From an uncultured Caryophanaceae bacterium (GTDB taxonomy: Bacteria > Bacillota > Bacilli > Bacillales_A > Planococcaceae): a DNA stretch of 64,000 nt. The stretch is taken from assembly GCA_963792445.1 (NCBI GenBank), contig CAWBWO010000007.1, positions 1,247 through 65,246 of the forward strand, in the 5' to 3' direction. Every line of letters begins with the position of its first letter. Within the stretch, counting starts at the first letter, position 1. The position numbers and the translations under genes are program-made. Below are positions 54,887 through 64,000 of this stretch, piece by piece. The notes beneath the pieces are model-generated. The model saw only the letters and a program-made list of their open reading frames with translations, searched no databases and had not been told where the DNA came from.

Positions 54887-56364
54887 ATATTGCGTTAGTG
54901 ATTATCTTTGCATTTGCGGCTATTGCTCTTTTCCTTGGTATTCGTGCAACACATGGTAAGAAGATGAATGTCGATGAATTTGCTGTTGGCAACAAGGGTT
55001 TCGGGACATTGTTTGTATTCCTATTAATAGCAGGTGAAGTGTATACCACATTTACTTTCCTAGGTGGTAGTGGTTGGGCTTATTCAAATGGTGCTGCGGC
55101 ATTCTATGTTCCTGCCTATATTTGCTTAGCGTACGTATTATCTTATTGGATTGCACCGAAAATTTGGACATACGCCAAAAATAACAACATCATTTCGCAA
55201 CCAGAATATTTTGCCTTGATCTATAAAAGTCCTATTTTAGGGTTGATTGTATCATTTTTGGGTGCGATTGCTTTAATCCCCTATATTGTAATCCAGCTAA
55301 AAGGCCTCGGTATTATTGTATCAGAGGCGTCATATGGCGGAATCAGCCCTGTCATTGCCAGTGCAATCGGTGCTGTGATTATAACGATTTATGTAACCAT
55401 ATCAGGTATTCACGGTTCTGCATGGACAGCTGTGTTAAAAGATATCATGATTTTAATGGTCATTATTTTCTTAGGAATTTATATCCCATTCCACTATTTT
55501 GGCGGTGTACAACCTCTCTTTGAAGCGGTAGAAAAAGTAAAGCCTGAAAGCTTAACACTGCAGACTTCAGGTTTGAGTATTTCATGGTTTGTCTCCACAA
55601 TTGTTTTAAATGCATTTGGTTTTTACTTATTACCAAACTCGTTTTCAGTCGTACTTTCTGCTAGAAGTGCAAAAGCATTAAAGAAAAATGCCATTACATT
55701 ACCTTTGTATACGCTCTTACTTCTATTTGCGTTTTTCATCGGATTTGCGGCAATCATTGAAATTCCGGGTTTGCAAGGTGCAGACGGTGACTTATCATTA
55801 CTTCGTTTAACAATCCAAACATTTGATCCATGGATTGTCGGGGTTGTTGGCGCTGCAGGCTTACTGACGGCATTAGTACCAGCCTCAGTCATGTTAATGT
55901 CTGCTTCCATTGGTTTAATGACAGGATTCTATAAACTCATTTCACCAAAGTCTTCAGATCGTCAACAACTACTCGCTTCAAAAGTATTTGTTTTTCTAAT
56001 TATTATTGCAGCCTTCATTTTCACTGTAACAGGTGGAGACGCACTTGCCATCCTTAACATTATGTCCTACAGTTTAATAACACAACTTGTACCAGCATTA
56101 ATATTTAGCTTCTACAAAAACCGGATTATGAATAAATATGGTGCAATGGCTGGAATATTTGCAGGGGTACTAATTGTTTTATATGGGGCGATTACATCCC
56201 ATAAACTAATCGATTTCTTCCCGAACATTCCACATGTCATTAATGATATCAGCACGGGAATGATTGCGGTTCTTATAAACTTTGTCGTGGCGATTGTTGT
56301 GAGTTTTGCGACTAATGCTTTCGTTGTGAAAGAGAAAGAAAAAGCAGATTCGTTTGCTGCGTAA
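54883..56364 (+). CDS. Sodium:solute symporter (YhjB-like)
   Basis: AGEVYTTFTFLGGSG, GIHGSAW...KD, about 13 TM segments. Confidence 0.88.
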   Translation: MNIALVIIFAFAAIALFLGIRATHGKKMNVDEFAVGNKGFGTLFVFLLIAGEVYTTFTFLGGSGWAYSNGAAAFYVPAYICLAYVLSYWIAPKIWTYAKNNNIISQPEYFALIYKSPILGLIVSFLGAIALIPYIVIQLKGLGIIVSEASYGGISPVIASAIGAVIITIYVTISGIHGSAWTAVLKDIMILMVIIFLGIYIPFHYFGGVQPLFEAVEKVKPESLTLQTSGLSISWFVSTIVLNAFGFYLLPNSFSVVLSARSAKALKKNAITLPLYTLLLLFAFFIGFAAIIEIPGLQGADGDLSLLRLTIQTFDPWIVGVVGAAGLLTALVPASVMLMSASIGLMTGFYKLISPKSSDRQQLLASKVFVFLIIIAAFIFTVTGGDALAILNIMSYSLITQLVPALIFSFYKNRIMNKYGAMAGIFAGVLIVLYGAITSHKLIDFFPNIPHVINDISTGMIAVLINFVVAIVVSFATNAFVVKEKEKADSFAA

Positions 56365-56509
56365 AGTGAAACTTCAATCAGTGGGGTTTCCCCCACTGAT
56401 TGTTAGTTGAACCAATCGGGCGTTTACGGGCAGTTACCTTCCAACTATGCTTCTTCGTAATTTCTAAAGCCTTGCAGTTGAGTATTACTGCCCGTTAATG
56501 CGGGATAAA
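56361..56509. repeat. bcr1-like dispersed repeat (copy 2)
   Basis: GTAAAGTGAAACTTCAATCAGTGGGG...CTGCCCGTTAATGCGGGATAAA; overlaps the symporter stop codon. Confidence 0.8.
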
Positions 56510-56689
56510 TTATTACTAGAATAGGATTTTAAAGAATGTCACAAAATCTCTGTTAATTGGTAAATACCCATTTTGAAAATGATTTTATTAAGACCTAAAT
56601 CAATAACGATTAAAGGACATTACATATTTTATATGACGAATATGTAGTGTCCTTCTTATTCCACAACTGCATCCGATTCAGGGAATGAA

Positions 56690-57661
56690 CTATGCGAGAC
56701 GCCGTTCAATTTCTTCTGCAATCTTTCCTCCATGAAATCGTCCATCTTCAATATAAACACGATTTGTAATTCCCCCTGTAACAACACCAGCAAGAAAGAC
56801 GTTATGAATATTTGTTTCATAAGTTTCTGTATTAAAGCTAGGCACTAATGTAGTAGGCTCAATCGAAATTCCAATACTTTGAAGCAGCTTTGTATCTGGT
56901 TTATATCCAATCAATGAAAATACATAGTCATTTGGAATCGTAATTGTCTGATCAGGGGTATTTATAGAAACTGTAGTATCAGTAATTTCATTAATACTCG
57001 AATTTGGATAAAATTTAATTTTCTCTTTTTCAATAAGATTACGAATATCTAAAAGTAATGTGGGTTTAATTCCTTTATACGCAGACTCACCGCGGTGAAC
57101 AAGCGAGACATTTGCTCCACTTCGATACAGGTCAATCGTTGCTTCGATGGCAGAATTTTTACCTCCTACAACTGTTACATCTTGACCGAAAAATGAATGG
57201 CCCTCTTTGTAGTAATGCATTACTTTAGGCCTTCCTTCTCCATTAACACCAATTTGTCTTGGGTTATCGAAAATGCCCGTTGCAAATACAATCATTCGAG
57301 ATTGATAAGAAATATCTGTGTTATTACAATCGATTGCATTTATAGTAAAATAGTCAGCAGTCTTTGAAATATGTTTTACTTTTTGATAACAATTAATATT
57401 AAGAGCTTGTCGTTCGGATACAAATCGATAGTATTTTAGTAGCTCCGAACGCGTCGGCCGAATTTCTTGGGAGAAAAAAGGAATATCGCCAATCTCTAAG
57501 CGATCTGAAGTACTATAAAAGCGCATATCCAATGGACAATTTACAATCGAATTAACGATTGCTTCCTTTTCAATAATTACATAGCGGAAACCTTTTTCTT
57601 GTAGGGCAAGACCTGTTGCTAATCCACATGGCCCTCCACCAACAATGACAACATCATACAT
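56690..57661 (-). CDS. ypdA: YpdA-family putative bacillithiol disulfide reductase
   Basis: GGGPCGL, HYYKEGH, GGKNSA, IEDGRFHG. Confidence 0.8.
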   Translation of the reverse strand: MYDVVIVGGGPCGLATGLALQEKGFRYVIIEKEAIVNSIVNCPLDMRFYSTSDRLEIGDIPFFSQEIRPTRSELLKYYRFVSERQALNINCYQKVKHISKTADYFTINAIDCNNTDISYQSRMIVFATGIFDNPRQIGVNGEGRPKVMHYYKEGHSFFGQDVTVVGGKNSAIEATIDLYRSGANVSLVHRGESAYKGIKPTLLLDIRNLIEKEKIKFYPNSSINEITDTTVSINTPDQTITIPNDYVFSLIGYKPDTKLLQSIGISIEPTTLVPSFNTETYETNIHNVFLAGVVTGGITNRVYIEDGRFHGGKIAEEIERRLA

Positions 57662-58099
57662 CGTATTATCCTCCATTTTGCATTTGTATATTTTATCTAT
57701 TTCCAATTAATTATTTAAGGGGAATCGGCAGTGTTCTTTTAGGAATACACCAACATTCTTTGAAAATAACTTTATGGTAATTATTAATCTAACTTTTTTT
57801 ACAGTTTGCACAAGATTCACCACTTTATTTAGTTTTACTGTAAAGTGGCATTTCAAAAATTTTACGGTATATAGGTGTGATCAGTTTACTCCACTTCAGT
57901 ATAGACCGATTCCACTTTATCTAATACGTAAGTTAAATCAAATATAAGAACTTAATAACCTATTTAATGGAAATTTTAGATTTAATGTTGTTGGATTTAT
58001 GTGGGCTTCAGAAACTTGGATGACAGATACTTGATCAATGTATGTAGAGTACGATAAAAAGGAGTGCTAAATCGAAACTTAGCACTCCTTTTACTGGTT

Positions 58100-58531
58100 T
58101 TACATTTGAGTTACAAGAATGAAGGTTACACCAAACTTGTCCGTTACGGTGCCGAATGCAGGGCTAAATGGAACTTTTTCTAAAGGAGCAATGATCTTGC
58201 CATCTTGCTGCAAGATTTCAAAGATTTGTCTCGTTTTTCCCTCGTTATCTAGGAAAATATTTATCGTAACAACAGCGTTACCGTTTTGGATGCTATCATT
58301 TTTTCTACCAGAATCAGGTACTGTTGGTGCATCGAATAACATAAGTTCACTTTCTCCGATTCTTAAGGTGGCGTTTGCAACACTTTCCTTTAATGCCTCA
58401 GGGCAAGGTATTGGCATTTCCCCGTAAGTTTGAATATTTAGAACTTTGGCATCCAATACCTTCTCATAATAACGAACTGCCTCTATAGCTTTTCCATCCA
58501 TCACTATACAGGGGGTCAGTCTTACTGTCAT
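58100..58531 (-). CDS. VOC/PhnB-like protein
   Basis: A.EAVRYY...ATLRIG...LM..D...FG.VTDKFGV. Confidence 0.85.
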   Translation of the reverse strand: MTVRLTPCIVMDGKAIEAVRYYEKVLDAKVLNIQTYGEMPIPCPEALKESVANATLRIGESELMLFDAPTVPDSGRKNDSIQNGNAVVTINIFLDNEGKTRQIFEILQQDGKIIAPLEKVPFSPAFGTVTDKFGVTFILVTQM

Positions 58532-58739
58532 GAATAGTCATCTCCTTAAGTACAAATTTACTTTCATAATACTAAATAACTGATCACTTATCGATTGTAA
58601 ATAAACGTAAAGTTTATGTAGTAGATGCTTCTCTGTACACATTATAAATGAAAAAAAGAGGAAAGTATGCTCTTTCATAGAACATACTTTCCTCTTGTAT
58701 TCCATTTAAAAATTATTTCAATTTGGATTTGTTTAGCTC

Positions 58740-59468
58740 TTATTTTGATTCATAAAAAGTTTTATTATTTTGTGCAACGTTATTAACCGAGTCAAAAGTA
58801 GTAGATTTTTCCTTCAAATCAATATTTCGGTTACCTTGCCTCCATAGGCCTACCCCTATGCAAAAACAACCTATAGCAACTAGTATTCCATGGGCTACTC
58901 GGAGTGGCTGGTCGCCAAAAAATTGCGGAATATACAACCCCATCCCTAAAGCAAAGAGAATGCCACTCCATTTAAAATAACTTTCGGACCACCAAATTGC
59001 GATTGCAAGTAAAATTGCAGCAATTGTAAGTAGTAAAAGACCTATTAGGAACATAACAAGACCTGTGCCAGAACGAACGGCAGTTGATAAGCCAACAAGG
59101 TTTGCATCCTGTTGTCTTATGGCTTCCTGCCCAATTGCGTGTAGACCAAAACTTTCTCCTCCGTAGAACGGCAAGGTTAGACCTACTCCTATCAAACACA
59201 GCACGACCGCCCAATACGAAAGCGAGTTTAAGGCTGTTCCTTGTAAAGAATTGTGAAGTCCAAGTAAACCTAGCGGGAGTAAAGTAAAAGCAACTATAGC
59301 TAGTATGTGTGCCACTAACCAATTGGTAGATGCGAAAGCTATGGCACCTTGCAAGGATGTTTCATCTGAAAAGGGTCGAATCATTGGATAAAGTATAAAC
59401 AAAATTCCAGAAATCACTAGAGATGAAGCAGAAATGCGCATTTGTAGCACTTGTGCAGGTACTCGCAT
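58740..59468 (-). CDS. Integral membrane protein of unknown function
   Basis: About 6 hydrophobic helices; AGGAGG RBS. Confidence 0.7.
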   Translation of the reverse strand: MRVPAQVLQMRISASSLVISGILFILYPMIRPFSDETSLQGAIAFASTNWLVAHILAIVAFTLLPLGLLGLHNSLQGTALNSLSYWAVVLCLIGVGLTLPFYGGESFGLHAIGQEAIRQQDANLVGLSTAVRSGTGLVMFLIGLLLLTIAAILLAIAIWWSESYFKWSGILFALGMGLYIPQFFGDQPLRVAHGILVAIGCFCIGVGLWRQGNRNIDLKEKSTTFDSVNNVAQNNKTFYESK

Positions 59469-59815
59469 AGGTTTTCCTCCTAAAATTGGATGTTAGATGT
59501 CTACAATAGAAAAAGACAATGTTAATTAATTGTTAATTTAAAGTACTCTTTAATAAATAGGTTAATTTCAAATATATATGGGATAGATATACATTTATAG
59601 AATATAATATTATTTATTTTTATTTTACTTTAACTATTTAAATATTGAAGTGGTTCTCTGTAAATTTTATATTAAGTTCTACTCCCGATGAATTAACTCT
59701 GAATACGCTATGGCTTATGTCTTCCAATTTTTATGTAAGATAAAACTAAAAACAGGATAGAAAAATCTATCCTGAAAGGTGAAAAGAGCATAATTAATTT
59801 TTATTATAGTTATGT

Positions 59816-60760
59816 TTATTTTAAAACACCGTCTAAAAATCTAAATACATCATCAAGATTTTCTTTAGAATTAAATTGCTCTCCACCATGACCAGCACCT
59901 TCTAAAATGGATAGCTTGACTTTTTCTTTACCTAAAACGTTCGTCAATTTTTCTGAAAAACCAATAGATTGTTGAGTTGGCACGATTTGATCAGCAGTAC
60001 CATGTTGTATAAAGAAGTACGGATCATTTTTAGTAATGTAATGTGAGGGATTCGCCTTTTCTGTTTGTTTAACGTTTTCTGCTATATTGCCACCAATATA
60101 TTTACTTTCAATCGAAGTATTTGTACTTCTCTTGCCCATTTTAGGGGTAACTTCTGATTTTGCAAATTGCTCATCCAGTTTTAAAAATTCGATTGGTCCA
60201 AACCAATCGACAACAGCCTGTATTTCAGAAGAATATTTTAAGTTTTCGGTATTGTCACCATTTAACGAAATGTTATCTTCACTTGTTCCGGCTAAAGCTG
60301 CTAAGTTTCCACCTGCACTATTTCCCCACATTGCAATGTTGTTAGGGTCCAAGTTATATTTTTCAGCATTTGCCTTAATATATCGAATCGCTGCTTTCAC
60401 ATCACTAATTGCTGCGGGAAATACAGCCTCTCCCGAAAGTCTGTAATTAATCGAAACAACAGCATACCCACGATTCACACCTTCCAGCATAGAAGCAATG
60501 CCTTTTTCTGTCTTATCACCTTTCGAAAATCCACCGCCATGAACAGCAACAATTACCGGAAATGGACCCTTACCCTCATTCGGCAAATAAATATCCATCT
60601 TTTGTGATTCAGATTGTTTACCATAGGCAACATCAGTGTACTTGGTCTTAATGCTAGACGTATTAAGACTATCTTCTCCATTTCCGCCATTACCAAAACA
60701 TCCTGCTAACAAAGCAGCAACAAATGTCATAGATGACACTAATAGCATTATTTTTTTCAT
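59816..60760 (-). CDS. Lipoprotein alpha/beta hydrolase (esterase)
   Basis: Lipobox LAGC; HGGGF, GNSAGG, HGTAD..VP, GAGH. Confidence 0.88.
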   Translation of the reverse strand: MKKIMLLVSSMTFVAALLAGCFGNGGNGEDSLNTSSIKTKYTDVAYGKQSESQKMDIYLPNEGKGPFPVIVAVHGGGFSKGDKTEKGIASMLEGVNRGYAVVSINYRLSGEAVFPAAISDVKAAIRYIKANAEKYNLDPNNIAMWGNSAGGNLAALAGTSEDNISLNGDNTENLKYSSEIQAVVDWFGPIEFLKLDEQFAKSEVTPKMGKRSTNTSIESKYIGGNIAENVKQTEKANPSHYITKNDPYFFIQHGTADQIVPTQQSIGFSEKLTNVLGKEKVKLSILEGAGHGGEQFNSKENLDDVFRFLDGVLK

Positions 60761-61171
60761 TTTGCATCACTCCAGCTTTGTATATTTTCTACCCTTTAAA
60801 AATCATATCAATACAATGTGGTTCAAATTTGAAGTGAAACGTATATTTTTTTCCGGAGACACTATGCTTTTTTAATGGTAATAGTAAACATTATTCCAGT
60901 ATTCAATTGACTTGTTACACTAGTCTTCTCCCCTAGTTACTCCATTATTTTATTTAGAAGATTTGTACTTCTTTTTAAACAATTTAATGTTTATTAAACT
61001 GCACACTATTTATTCCTGAGATTTGAATAGTTGCCCCGTACCAAAACTAAACGTAACAGCCATCGCTAAAATGGATTTTACTAATAAATTATTTTTTAAA
61101 TCTAATTCTCCCTTTTATTAATTACTTGTGTTAAATGAACTTTCAATGTCATTACAAAAGAAACGAAAAGA

Positions 61172-61357
61172 GCCTAAACCCTTGAAATACATGAGTTTAG
61201 GCGCATTATCTTTAATTAATAATATCAAGTTAATATGTTGCTTCGGGATCAGTTAGGTCAAAATGATATTAAAACGACTTCCCTTTATACTAATATGGCT
61301 AATAAGGATAGTGAAAAAATCTTAAATAAAATGGATCGACATCGAAATAAACAGTAA
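61172..61357 (+). pseudogene. Palindrome plus C-terminal fragment of XerS/XerC-like tyrosine recombinase (copy 2)
   Basis: GCCTAAAC-N15-GTTTAGGC at 61172-61202; 61235-61357 reads MLLRDQLGQNDIKTTSLYTNMANKDSEKILNKMDRHRNKQ*. Confidence 0.75.
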
Positions 61358-61643
61358 ATAACTGTAAAAAGGAAGCATCTAATAGTTTTATTAAAAGTGA
61401 AGAAAATATCTAAAATTGTTATGTATTAAACTACTGAATATAATGTCACACATTTTATTCTAAAAAAGAGAAGATAGATGAACAGGACTGAAACGCCTAT
61501 ATTCATCTATCCTTATTGTACAACAAATGAACTCATTTACCACAACAACGCTGTTTGGTTTAATTAAAATAATTTTAGTCTTCAAATGGCTTATTGAATG
61601 ATTTTGGCAATGAATCCATCATCCTTGATAAGATTTGATTGCT

Positions 61644-63027
61644 TTAATTATTTCGACCCAAACTAGGGAAACCAGACTTTTTTAACCTTTGTTGCCTTTT
61701 TATCGGGTGTTCATATGTAGTTGGTCCTTCCCACGCTCTATCTATATAGCCTTTAACTAACTTTTGAGTTCCTTCATCTAATTCTTCAAAATCTAGACTT
61801 CTTTCAATCCAAGATGTTACATGTGCCCTAAAACTATCAGTTATTTTCCTATCCCAAGATAATAATCTTTTAATTGCACAAGCGGCTGCGAATATATATA
61901 TATCTTCTGGAACACCATTGATATGGATATGTAAACGATTGAATAGATCTTTCCCGTTTTCTCTCACATTTGCTGTTGTCATAAGTAAGTAATATTACAA
62001 GTTCCATCCTTAATTCCTTATCGGATATATATAGGTTTAGTGCAGCACTTTTCAATGCTTCTGATTCTTCTTCATTGGAGCATTTAACTATTAACTTTCT
62101 AAAGATATTTAAAACTTCACCTTCCAAATCTTTAGGTACCAATGATTTATCCATTATTGCTCTAAACTTTGAACAAGCATCTTTAAATCCATCTCTATCA
62201 ACTATTCTATCGAGGGACTCTATCTCCAATTGAGATGCCACTCTTGCAGTAGCAGGAACTGAAGGTCTAAAAATATCATTGATTTGTTGTTCATGTTTCT
62301 GCAACATTGTTTGGGTAACGAACTCTTGTAAAAACTTCTCAAAGGCTTCTTGGTTAGTTTTACATTCAGGAAATTCAATTAAGGGATTTATCAAATGAAT
62401 TCCAAATTGATTACAGCGTTCTTCTATTTCCTTACTATGTTCATATACAAGCATATAGGATTTGGGCATTTTACCTTTAAAAACGTTTTGAATTTCCGCT
62501 AGTATTTCATGTATATTCTTGTCCCTTAAACTGTAGCCAATAAAGAATAATCGCTTTGCCAATAAATCAGATTTCAATCTGATATTTAAGAAATGTTCTG
62601 TTTCTTGCATCCTTTTTTCATAATCTTGTTGCGAAAATACAACTGATTCTGGTAATGACAAGTCTCCATGATATTTTATATACAACCGATCACCGGGCTT
62701 CGAATTCGAAAAGTCTTCAATAGACTTTATAAGTTTAAATTTCCGTCCATACTTTTCAGAACATTTTTCCATAACATTATCTTGGTTTGTTGTATATACA
62801 ACACCAGTACCAAGACTCATTATGGCTAAGTGTGCATAACCCAATTTATCTGAGAAATTTTCAATATAAAATCTTTGTTTCAAAAAGTCACATAACTGTT
62901 GTTTTGAAAAACAATCCACGTATTTCTGTGCAACTAGCAAATGATCTGTTCCATTCGTATTTACTTCTTTTGCTAAAGCGGTAATAATCAAATGTTTCTC
63001 TAAATGTAATTTGAGATGATACTTCAT
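61644..63027 (-). pseudogene. SIR2-like (defence-type) domain protein, 5'-truncated, +1 frameshift near 61985
   Basis: YTTNQD, IKYHGD, FFIGYSLRD.NI; N-terminal GAG.S motif not found. Confidence 0.75.
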
Positions 63028-63256
63028 TGCATTTAAAAGGATCTACTTTCGGAAAAATAACAACACCGGTCATTTCAGATACATATTTACACAGTCCCTA
63101 ATATTGAACCATAGTATCCAACGATACCATTAACACAGACATATCAATTTTTCTCCTTCATAAAATTTTATTCTAATTTTTATTATTGTTCTGACTTTTT
63201 CAAGATTATATATGTTATTATATTTTAAACAACTAAACTAACCGGAGTACTAAGAA

Positions 63257-63442
63257 ATGAACAATTCTTATTATGATTTATCATTAGAAGCATTAGCTGG
63301 TTTTTATTTTTACTTAAATAAATACATAGAAGAAGGAATACTGTCTAAGGCTATGTACCAAGAAATTAATCTTATTGAACAAGTAGCTATTAAAAAAAAT
63401 TCATTAAAGTGGCAGTATTATAAATACTCTATTATGAAATAA
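63257..63442 (+). CDS. Small hypothetical protein
   Basis: 61-aa ORF with GGAG RBS. Confidence 0.5.
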   Translation: MNNSYYDLSLEALAGFYFYLNKYIEEGILSKAMYQEINLIEQVAIKKNSLKWQYYKYSIMK

Positions 63443-63603
63443 ATCTTGCTAATCAAACTTCTTTCATAGAAAAATAACAGTCCTTTGTTTAAATAAAACA
63501 GCACCGTAAGCTTATGTGTAATCCTTTTTCATTCTCCATTGCCCTATAGTAAGTGTTTACTCTCCTACCAACATAGCCCTTTCCTCGAAGAAAGACGCTT
63601 TCC

Positions 63604-63635
63604 TTATTTAATAAAAGCGCCCGATTGTTAAATAA
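63604..63635. repeat. Short imperfect palindromic intergenic repeat
   Basis: TTATTTAATAA-AAGCGCCCGA-TTGTTAAATAA, followed by the related TTCAACTAAAGCCCCTG. Confidence 0.5.
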
Positions 63636-63731
63636 CGGTTTCAACTAAAGCCCCTGTTATTATATTCAAAGTAAACCCCGAAAAATGTTGTTTTCACAGC
63701 AATTTTCGGGGTTTGTATATTCCTGAAATAT

Positions 63732-64000
63732 TTATTTAGCTGCAAATGCTTTTGCAAATGTAATTGCTTCAATTTTTGCTCTTTCTTCTAATTCCTCACG
63801 TGAATAAATTGATGAACCTTGTACACGGAAAATTTCTAAATCCTCAATCCCAATAAAGTTGAAAATTGATTTTAAATATTTATAAGAATATTCCACTTCC
63901 GTATACCAATCATTATTTGTATAAATTGAACCACTACCTTGAATTCGTAGCATACTACGACCATCTTTTAAAAGACCAACAGAACCGTTTTCCGTATATT
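63732..64000 (-). CDS. azoR: FMN-dependent NADH-azoreductase (3' part, runs off the window)
   Basis: YTENGSVGLL...IQGSGSIY...YLKSIFNFIGIED...QG. Confidence 0.82.
   Translation of the reverse strand, partial: YTENGSVGLLKDGRSMLRIQGSGSIYTNNDWYTEVEYSYKYLKSIFNFIGIEDLEIFRVQGSSIYSREELEERAKIEAITFAKAFAAK

Noticed and set aside
4591-60875. Many 60-156 aa ORFs antisense to or overlapping long genes (e.g. 4591-4815, 13593-13916, 22560-23030, 41765-42193, 60087-60446)
   Set aside because: Shadow ORFs of well-supported genes, with no independent motifs.
61010-61115. Minus-strand short ORF with RBS and signal-peptide-like sequence (LKNNLLVKSILAMAVTFSFG)
   Set aside because: No valid start codon and an early stop. 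Used only as context for the adjacent junction.
681-61357. One 60-kb island bounded by the two recombinase-tail repeats
   Set aside because: The copies are too diverged (many synonymous changes) for an attL/attR pair, both have the same junction polarity, and the interval holds a tRNA and sspH. Independent events are more likely.

Overview
AT-rich chromosomal window from a spore-forming Bacillales bacterium (Caryophanaceae/Rummeliibacillus-like is my inference), mostly accessory metabolism. Recognisable blocks: a Baeyer-Villiger monooxygenase/esterase/LuxR unit; a yrk/cst-type persulfide detoxification operon with four operator copies; a Ca2+ P-type ATPase; a secreted LRR protein; two GGDEF-EAL proteins; tRNA-Arg(CCT); ureABCEFGD-ureH with a divergent urea transporter; a lipoprotein PQQ-dehydrogenase module with a CuA cupredoxin; a PhzS-like monooxygenase; tldD/pmbA; iolT/iolR; an amidohydrolase-nitrilase-symporter operon; ypdA; a truncated SIR2-like gene; and the 3' part of azoR. 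At least 14 single-base frameshifts, mostly +1, sit in otherwise intact genes and look like sequencing errors. The most unusual signals are: (1) a 10-unit array with 21-bp period (14-nt core plus variable ~7-nt spacers) between the stop codon of an apparently catalytically dead helicase-nuclease gene and its terminator; (2) two homologous modules of palindrome plus tyrosine-recombinase C-terminal fragment, 60.5 kb apart, that look like integration junctions; (3) the all-lipoprotein PQQ dehydrogenase/CuA module; (4) an acyltransferase-fold gene coupled to a membrane-sensor c-di-GMP enzyme. All homology calls come from motif recognition by eye; no searches were run.
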